DNA of 64,000 nucleotides from Octopus vulgaris (Eukaryota): NCBI GenBank assembly GCA_951406725.2, contig OX597817.1, positions 141,422,001 to 141,486,000 of the forward strand, read 5' to 3'. Shown piece by piece: positions 54,515 to 64,000 of this stretch (position 1 is its first letter; each line of letters starts with the position of its first letter). The notes under the pieces were generated by a model. It saw only the letters and a program-made list of their open reading frames with translations, ran no database searches and was not told where the DNA came from. The position numbers and the translations under genes were made by a program.

Positions 54515-54872
54515 TATTTATTTCCTTATTGCACACAGTGGGCTAAACAGCGGGGACAAGGAAGGACAAACAAAGAGATTAATTCAATTATATCGTCTCC
54601 AGTGCGTAACTGGTACTTATTTAACCGACCCCGAAAGTATGAAAAGCAAAGTAGACCTCGGCGGAATTCGAACTAAGAACGTAACGGCAGACGAAATACC
54701 TATTTCTTTACTGCCCACAAGGGGCTACACACAGAGGGGACAAACAATGACAGACAAACGGATTAATCGATCATATCGATCACAGTGCGTAACTGGTACT
54801 TATTTAATCGACCCCGAAAGGATGAAAGGCAAAGTTGACCTCGGCGGAATTTTAACTAAAAACGTAACGGCA
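54515..54872 (-). mobile_element. Tandem pair of 5'-truncated family A SINEs
   Basis: The same ~180-bp unit occurs twice (54515-54700, 54700-54872). Confidence 0.8.
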
Positions 54873-55008
54873 TAAATAAATGCATACATGCACACATACA
54901 TACACACATAAATGTACAGGCGCGCGTTCATATATATGTATATATATATATATAGATAGATAGATAGATAGAATGATTAGATATATAGACACACAGACAG
55001 ATAGATAA

Positions 55009-55112
<104 letters not shown>

Positions 55113-55380
55113 TAGTAAATAAATGGCACAACTAAGTACCGATACTTAGTTGTGCCATTTATTTACTAATTTGTGTATTTTTCCCTCACGGGCTACTTTT
55201 TACTGGAAGGCGATACTTTGTATTGCATTACTGATATATATATATATATATATATATATCAACAATAAAGGAACGGCCATAATAGGCCATTCACCCACTA
55301 GAAATAACAGCCAAAGCTTCAACTACTAGGCCGCTGGTGGCAAAAGAATTCTACAAAATTTTTTTTGCCACCCTATATTG

Positions 55381-55461
<81 letters not shown>

Positions 55462-56582
55462 CACACACACAAAGAGATCGATTGATAGATAGAGACAGAC
55501 AGACAGACAGACAGATTGATAGAAAGATTGATTAGATGGAGTGATTAGATAGAAAGATATATAGATAGAGAGAGAGTGATTAAATAAATAGATAGATAGA
55601 TAGATAGATTGATTGATTGATTGATTGATTGACTGATTGACTGATTGGCAGATATGCTATGATCATCTTGCTAAATAACATATTATGTGACTGTATGCTT
55701 CGGCGGGTGGGCCTTGGGTAAGAGACGTTCTTTTAGATTCCTGGATCGTTTCCTGGTTTTCAATATTACACGACATTTACGGATCTACGTTGGAGAGGAT
55801 TAAAACGTAGTCACAATTTTTTACTGCCGATATTTTCTGCCCTCGTTTTGCCAATAATCCGTAAGGTGTGGGGATCTGAACTAATCTTCGATCTGTGACG
55901 ACATTCTACTTACGTTCACCAACGGCATAGTTTGTAATGATCGCAGATTCTAATCTCCATTTTCATTAGATATGTGTGTTAATAAGCAACAGATTCGCCT
56001 TCAACATCGAGATATGGTGGGCATTTAAGAATTAATTAATAATCTGATGAGAATCGGTGGATAAATATCGCTAACTTAGTATTTCCATTGCCTAGTGTAA
56101 AATAAAAAAAAAAAAAAATTCGTTTGTGACGAATACTTAACCAAACGATGTTGACTTTACATAAATGATTTATTAAGACACTCAAGCTGATCGTGTGTAT
56201 GTTTGTATATGAGAGCGATACAGCCATTGAGAGAATCCTCATGGCGTAGTGCTTTTGGTGTTGAGCTCAACGTTGTTTAAGTCGCGTATTCATATTTTGG
56301 GACTGCTTGATCTGTTGTGCCCTTCAGCAAGGGTATTTAGTTCACGTAGGTTTACTAAACGCGGGTGAAAATAATACCCGTGACAGCATTTCGTTAATCC
56401 TATGAATGGTTTTTGTGTTCTGCAGGCAGAGTTTTCTACTCTTCGTTGTTTAAATACCATAGATAAGACAATAAGCTCAAGTTTAAAGGGTCTTGGGCAT
56501 ACATTGATTTAAAACGTATGTACTGAAGTACATACATATATACATTTGTATGTGTGTGTGTGAGAGTGAGTGAGTGAGAGAT

Positions 56583-56674
<92 letters not shown>

Positions 56675-56937
56675 TGGAAATATACGAACGAATCTGCCAG
56701 AATCCCGATAACTATTTTAAAATATATTCAAATTATCATTCGGTACGTCAGGTGCTAAGTATATTCAGGTAAGAAAATGATGTCCTGTTGACCAAATATT
56801 CCAAAATATCAGTTTTCTTGTTCATAATCATTAATATCACAATTACTTTATAAAATTCCTGACAGTCTATTTGTAATATCCAGATAAATTGTAGCAAACC
56901 ATGCACAGATACATATGTGTGCGTACACACACACACG

Positions 56938-57013
<76 letters not shown>

Positions 57014-57220
57014 TAATGAATATTCATTTGAATTAGGTACTTAAATTGAGGTACCTCGCTAGGTCGGTATAATCCGCACACCCAAATCATTATTAGTTAA
57101 ATATTGAATATCAAGACTCCGTGAAGGGCTACCTATACAGGATATTCTTGCTGTGTGAGCAGACAATGCAACCCAGCTAAAGGAAGATATCATCTGACGA
57201 GAACAGTTTATTTCACACAC

Positions 57221-57258
<38 letters not shown>

Positions 57259-57551
57259 GTGTGTGTGTGTGTATATGTATTGTAATTCATCTTTTACTTG
57301 CACAAGTCATACGACTGCGGGTATACTGGGGCACTACCAGGAAGAATTTTTAAATCGAATGAATCGACCAAGAATTCTTTTCAAGCCTTATTCTGCCGCT
57401 TTCTTTTACCAAGCCGCTAAGTTACTGGGACTTATCACAACACCACCGGTTGTCAAGCCATGGTGCATGACGGAACATAACACATGCGATAATCGATGGA
57501 TTACTACATATAGACACACACACACACACCTATATATACATACATACACAC

Positions 57552-57639
<88 letters not shown>

Positions 57640-57938
57640 ATAATATTCTACCGGTGGCTAGCATACGGATGGAACATGTGTGTCATCAGTGTTACATAGA
57701 TACACATCACTTTTAACGCCCTTAATGAAGAAACACGGAGGGCAAATAAATTCATTTGCCCATTGATGCAGAAACTCGAGTATAAGGGTAACTATTGAAG
57801 TGTTTTTATTTTTCATTCCCTTTGAAATTACTCTTAATCATGGTTTGGGTTTTAACTGCCCTTTCCAGCATCTAAGGTGTCCTGTTAAAGGTCACATCCT
57901 TTATGTATAAAAACGTACACTAAATTATATATATATAT

Positions 57939-57976
<38 letters not shown>

Positions 57977-58907
57977 AGATAGATAGATGTGTACGTATTT
58001 ACAAGTAAGCATGTATATATGTGAGTGCGTGTATGCGTGTGTATGCGTGCCTGTATATGAATATATGTGTATAAATAATATACATATTTATTTATTCTAA
58101 TTTAGTCATATGACCTCAAATCTAAATTATTATCATCTTCTATAGCATACACCTCAGTATATAACTGGTATTTTCTCAAAGATGGACTCATGAATGTAAA
58201 AGTAAATATCAAGACATTCAAATGATTTATCAGACATCTTAGATGATTAACAGTGTACGTTAGGTTTTATAATTCCAAGCATGTTTTCAAGTGAAGACAT
58301 TTCCTAATTCCCAATTAGTGTTGTTTGAACTGTTTTTCAAATGCACTTAATTCTAACAGCTTTTGCAAATGGAAGCCACGCAGTTAACGGCGATTAAATA
58401 GGCGTGTGCGTTGGTACAATAGATATTTCGCTTTTCATTTGGTGAAATGCTAAAAGCGTAACTATAGTAACGGTAATATAGATGTTGAGTTTTTGAATTC
58501 TGTCTTAAAATCAACAGTGTTTCATCAGTTCTCTTGTAATTCAATAAAGCAAAATATTTTACCTTGAGCTAATCGCATTATCTTATTAACTAGAGTTTTA
58601 CTAGTCGTATGGCAGGTAACTTTAGAACTATACTTTTGCTTTCGTGGATAATATCAGGAAATATAACATATATACCATTAGCATAACTTAACTTTTACCA
58701 AATGTTTAGGTGTCTATAGAAAATAATGTAATTAATACTAATTTATAAAAAAAATATTAAAGGCACAGGCGTGGCTATTTGGTATGAAGTTGCTTCCCAA
58801 ACACACTGTTCTTGGTTCAATTTACATATTAATCGCATTCCTGGAGTTGGTATGTAATGCAGTAGAACATGGTGCTGACTTATGAAAACAGTTAATACAC
58901 TTTATAG

Positions 58908-59300
58908 TATTGGGTTGTCCGGAAAGTTCGTGCCGAATTATTGTAGCTTACCTTTCGACTTATTTTAGAACATAGTTGAGTCCATAACATAGGATTTGAC
59001 TTCACCTCCATTTAGAGCACAGTTTAAGCTATCTTTTCGTGGAAGAATGTTTATCCTCCTATAATCTGTGTTAATTCTGTGACCCTTTAAAGTGGAAGAT
59101 TAGAAAGCTCATTTTTGGCAATTGATGCTTTGGGAACCAGACAAAAATTGCTGCAGCTCGTCTGGGATGTGTCACCCCACCCTCCATATTCACCAGACAT
59201 TGCTCCTTCGGATTTCCACTTATTCAGGTCTGTGCAGAATAGTTTTAATGGTAAAAATTTCAATTCCTTGGATGACGTAAAAAGATACCTTGATGAATAT
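58908..59300 (+). mobile_element. Internally deleted mariner fragment
   Basis: Mariner-type TIR tattgggttgtccggaaagttcgtgccg and WDVSPHPPYSPDIAPSDFHLFRSVQN. Confidence 0.8.
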
Positions 59301-59409
59301 AATAAGCCCAATATAATATAGTTTCATAATGAAATATCACGTGCCTACAAGTCATTAATGTTTAGATACCAGCTCCAGGAATGCGTTTAATATGTAAATT
59401 AGTTCATCC

Positions 59410-59580
59410 AAGTTCTGAGTTCAAATTCCACCGAGGCCAACTTTGCCTTTCATCCCTTCGGGGTCGATTAAACAATTACCAGTTACGTACTGGGGTCGAT
59501 GTAATCGACTTAATCCCTTTGTCTGTCCCTGTTTGCCCCCCCTATGTTTAGCCCCCTGTGAGCAATAAAGAAATAAATAA
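59410..59580 (+). mobile_element. SINE family A, 5'-truncated
   Basis: gttctgagttcaaattccaccgagg...gcaataaagaaataaa. Confidence 0.8.
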
Positions 59581-60004
59581 AAAACCGCTGTATGTGGTGG
59601 CTATATGATCAATGTGTTCGGAGGCAAGAATGCATTAGATGGGTGCTGAAGAAGGGGCAAAACTCCCAAAATATGGCATATATAATCATTACCTATTTTT
59701 GGCTTCGATTCCATTGTTTGTTTCCATCTGACGTTTCAGTATGAAACGTAGCAAAAATAAAAATTCATCTTGGATATAATTTCTAGAAAATCTGTAGAAA
59801 TAACTGGAACTTTATTAGGAGATATATAGAGTCAGGTGAACAGGTTATATCACTGCATTATTTAGAGAAGGACAAACCAGTCACCATCTCTCAATCTCTT
59901 ATTTCTTTTTGTCTTTTATCTTTTACATGGTTCAATCAATAGATTGCGATCGTGGTGGGGCACAGACTCGAAGAATATTTTAGTTGACGGAATAGATTCA
60001 AAGA

Positions 60005-60072
<68 letters not shown>

Positions 60073-61750
60073 ATATATATACATAACAGGCTTCTATCAG
60101 TTTCCGTCTGCCAAATCCACTCACAAGCGCTTGGTGAACTGGAGGCTATAGAAAAAGACACGTGCCCAAGATAGCATGCAATGAGATTGAACCCAGAATT
60201 ACGCGATTGGGAAGCAAGCTTCTTTCCACACAGCCACGCTTCCGCCTGTATATGATTACTGTATTTGTTCAAATTATTCCGAACGATTTCTTATTTCTGA
60301 TCCAAAGCAAATAATTAGTAATATTTGTTAGCAAGTTTATGAATTATTAAAATCTAAGATTTCTTTTTATAAAAGCAAAAACAAAAATAGGGCGCCAATT
60401 ATTCAGCGAGCACCTACATAACAAAAACATATCGAATGTTTTCTCAAGCTAACATGGGTTCAATTATTCACATATAATTTCCACATTCCTGTTATATTCT
60501 GATAGTACTGAAAGCTATAGAATAAAAGATAACAAAGACTTATCGAAAGAAAAGTCAAATTTGTTTAGTTTTGCCGTCCATTTCAAAAAAATGGACGACA
60601 TGCAATGATAGTTGAACTCGAAAATAATCATTTTGTATTGCAGATTCATTTCCCGTTATATGCAAAACCACAGGAGCTAAATATTAATAAGATGTATTCA
60701 ACAGATTATTGAGGGGCAAGTTTAAATATTATTCTTATCACTCATCAGCTTGATTTTGAGCTCTCTTCAACGCGCATCAATAATTAATGTTTTAAACGAA
60801 TGATAATACAATCTGGATCCAACGTTGTCATCCAATATTAATTCAAATTTGAGTCAGCTCTGAGATAGAGCTAAAATTATTTAAAGATTGAAACATCGCT
60901 TGATCAATATTTTAATATCCAATGATTAGAATCTTATATAACTGAACTGAAAGTGAATGCGTTTCTATATTGCATATTGTGATTACTAATGTCCTTAGCT
61001 AACTGTTCTCAATGGGTCAGACACTGGTTCTTTGTATCTCTGAGGGGGGATGGGTGGAAGGGACAAATTTCACTAAATATTTCAAAATTATTCATGAACA
61101 TTCCATCCATTTATTCACTTATCGGTCAATTATATTCATATACATACACACACACACACACATATATATACATACATACATATACATATATACATATATC
61201 CACATAAACACACGTATATACATAAATACATATATATACTCATATATACACACACACATATATACATATATACATACACATACATATATGCATACATACA
61301 CACATATACATACATATATATACATATATATACATGCATACATACACACACACGTATATACATAAATACATATATACATACACATATATACATACATATA
61401 CATATATACATACATACACATATATACATACATATATACACATATACACACACACACATATATATATATACATACATATATACGTACACATATATACACA
61501 CACATATATACATACATATTTACATACATACACATGTATACGTACATAATATATGCATGCATGTATACACACACACACACATATATATATACATATATAG
61601 GCACATATATATACATACACATATATATGCATACACATATATACCTACATACACATATGTGTGCACTTCAATCAATGTATCTATCTATACATATTTGTAT
61701 GTATGTATTTACGTATCTATCTATCTAGCTACATCTATGTGTATGCATGA

Positions 61751-61825
<75 letters not shown>

Positions 61826-62150
61826 AATTCAAGGCATATGTGAAATATCTCCTGCGTCTGAGACGGTTAGTAAAATTCCTCTACTACACTGTCTAAAATA
61901 TACAGAAGATGAATTTTAATTCTAATCACATTTTTATTACAAAAGGGTTTGCAATGTCTTCAAATGTAAAAATCACGGTTGATGTATCGAACTCGAATGG
62001 ATGAAGGGCTAAGTCCACCTCGACGGAATTTAAACTCAGAACGTACAGACGGACTACATTCCGCTTAGTATCTTACCCGGCTTGCTAACGATTCCGCCAT
62101 GTCACTGCCTTCTTGTTTACATATACATGGCTTTGTTATCTTATTCTGTC

Positions 62151-62243
<93 letters not shown>

Positions 62244-62364
62244 TGCTAATACGGGATCCACATTAGACTCCTCACTCGTATCAATATCGAACCTACAGTC
62301 AGTCCATAACACACACTTGGCGTTACCTGACAATCTTTGGTTCTTTTAGATACCAATACTTCTC

Positions 62365-62444
<80 letters not shown>

Positions 62445-62445
<1 letters not shown>

Positions 62446-63124
62446 CACAGTCATACAGTAAGTAAATAGACACCTTTAATTTTCAAAAACTTTTATTTGA
62501 TACTAATTACTTGAAGATGTTTTCTTCTAGCTGCTCGTCCATAATACCCAATCTTATGCAGATATGTAACACACTCTCTTTGGACTAACTTCTAGCTGTT
62601 TTGCAATGTCAGAAGCCTTCGAACGGGGTTCGTCTTCCACAATTCTCTTCAAACAGTGAAGCTTCCTTTCCGAGGTACCAGCTCGGCTGGAACGAGAATC
62701 TGTTGATTCTTTTCCTTCGCTTTTGAATCACACTATAATTCTTATTTCTTTATTGCCCACAAGGGGCTAAATATAGATGGGACAAACAAGGACAGACAAA
62801 GGATTAAATCGATTACATCGACCCCAGTGCGTAACTGGTACTTAATTTATCGAACCCGAAAGGATGAAAGGCAAAGTCGACCTCGGCGGAATTTGAACTC
62901 AGAACGTAGCGGCAGACGAAATACCGTTACGCATTTTGCCCGTTGTGCTAACGTTTCTGCCAGCTCGCCGCCTTCTAAATCACTCTATAATTCTATTAAC
63001 AGTAGCAAGAGGAATTTGAAGATTTTCGGCAAAATTTTCGCTGGCTAAGACCAGCTTCAGATTGCCCAACAATGCGGCCTCTTTGAAAATCTGACAGTTC
63101 TGCTGAAGTTTTTGTGCTTGGCAT
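62445..63124 (-). mobile_element. Tc1-family transposase N-terminal remnant interrupted by a SINE
   Basis: ATG at 63124: MPSTKTSAELSDFQRGRIVG..AGLSQRK..ENLQIPLATVNRI...GYYGRAARRK (paired-like HTH). A CAGT-type terminus lies near 62447. Confidence 0.75.
62743..62975 (-). mobile_element. SINE family A with a 17-bp target-site duplication
   Basis: aatcacactataattct (62726-62742) / aatcactctataattct (62978-62994). It splits the Tc1 remnant. Confidence 0.9.
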
Positions 63125-63268
63125 GGTTACTCTTCGCATATGTTGAATATAATGGCTCCTGGAATGAGAAAGAATAATTATATTGTAAATTCTACACCGC
63201 TGAAAACATATTAAGACGCTGAGATCAGAAATTTTGAAAATTATAGTTGTCTATTTACTTCCTGCATG

Positions 63269-63317
<49 letters not shown>

Positions 63318-64000
63318 GCATATATATATACACACATATATATACACGCACACACACATATATATACACGCATATATATGTGTGTGTGTATGCATGTATG
63401 TATGTATATGATGCGTTTATGCTACCAGCTAGACACCATGCTTAGAAATGTATAATTCATTTAATTTCACCGAACAATGTATCACTGTAAACAGCATTCC
63501 GTAATGTATCAGTTTCTGATTGGAATCAATGCAGTGGTTTAAAGGAGTTTAAGTATGCATCGCGATAAATATTAAATGTTAATAAATCTTAAATGCATCT
63601 CTTGAACAGATACTATTTAGTAATTATCAATGGGGAATGAAATACCAAAGGTGAATTAAGCGATTTGTAATGATAATGGCTATACGTTTTAATTATACAT
63701 CGATCTTTAAGAATTGTTATTGAAATGAAAGTTAATGCTGTTGTTGTTTTGTTTCAGATGCATGAGTGGTAGAAATGTCACATGATCGTAGTTTTTCCCC
63801 AGTGGATTTTGAAAGGACCAGGATGTAGCGTCATTAGATATTGTAGTTAATCTACTCGAAAACAAGGAATTAGTCAAATGTCAAGTAGGTGATATGTGAA
63901 TGTATGAATGTACAAGTGAATGGTAACAGGAAAAACAAAACAAACAAAAAAAAAATCAATCACTTCATTCGGCGCCATTTTGAAGCATATATAAATCTGA

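Noticed and set aside
59643-59680. Plus-strand hammerhead-like string CUGAAGA..gggg caaaa cucc c AAAA
   Set aside because: The essential GAAA is absent and no stem III or cleavage triplet forms, so at most a dead relic.

Overview
Eukaryotic, very AT-rich, microsatellite-saturated animal DNA. The tRNA-derived SINE families and repeat landscape point to an octopod/cephalopod mollusc (inference). Almost every ORF in the supplied track is a microsatellite or transposon artefact. The one convincing host gene is missed by the ORF track. It has three short + strand coding exons (27913-27976, 28704-28734, 32778-32901) that splice in frame to a 72-aa prepropeptide: signal peptide, short pro-region, KR cleavage site, then a 35-aa 8-Cys mature peptide (C-X4-C-X7-CC-X4-CXC-X6-CXC; agatoxin-like/knottin-type framework). 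Around it are apparent decayed paralogous exons (38543-38628 on -, 42155-42269 on +, weaker candidates at 16559 and 50181). Nested direct and inverted duplications bracket the mature-peptide exon, which suggests a birth-and-death cluster of toxin-like or neuropeptide genes. The rest is decayed Penelope-like retroelements, LINE remnants (R4/Dong-, Tx1/L1- and RTE-like), Tc1/mariner relics, three SINE families and several perfect or near-perfect palindromes. The Penelope-type repeats carry at least eight hammerhead ribozyme motifs, all on the minus strand.
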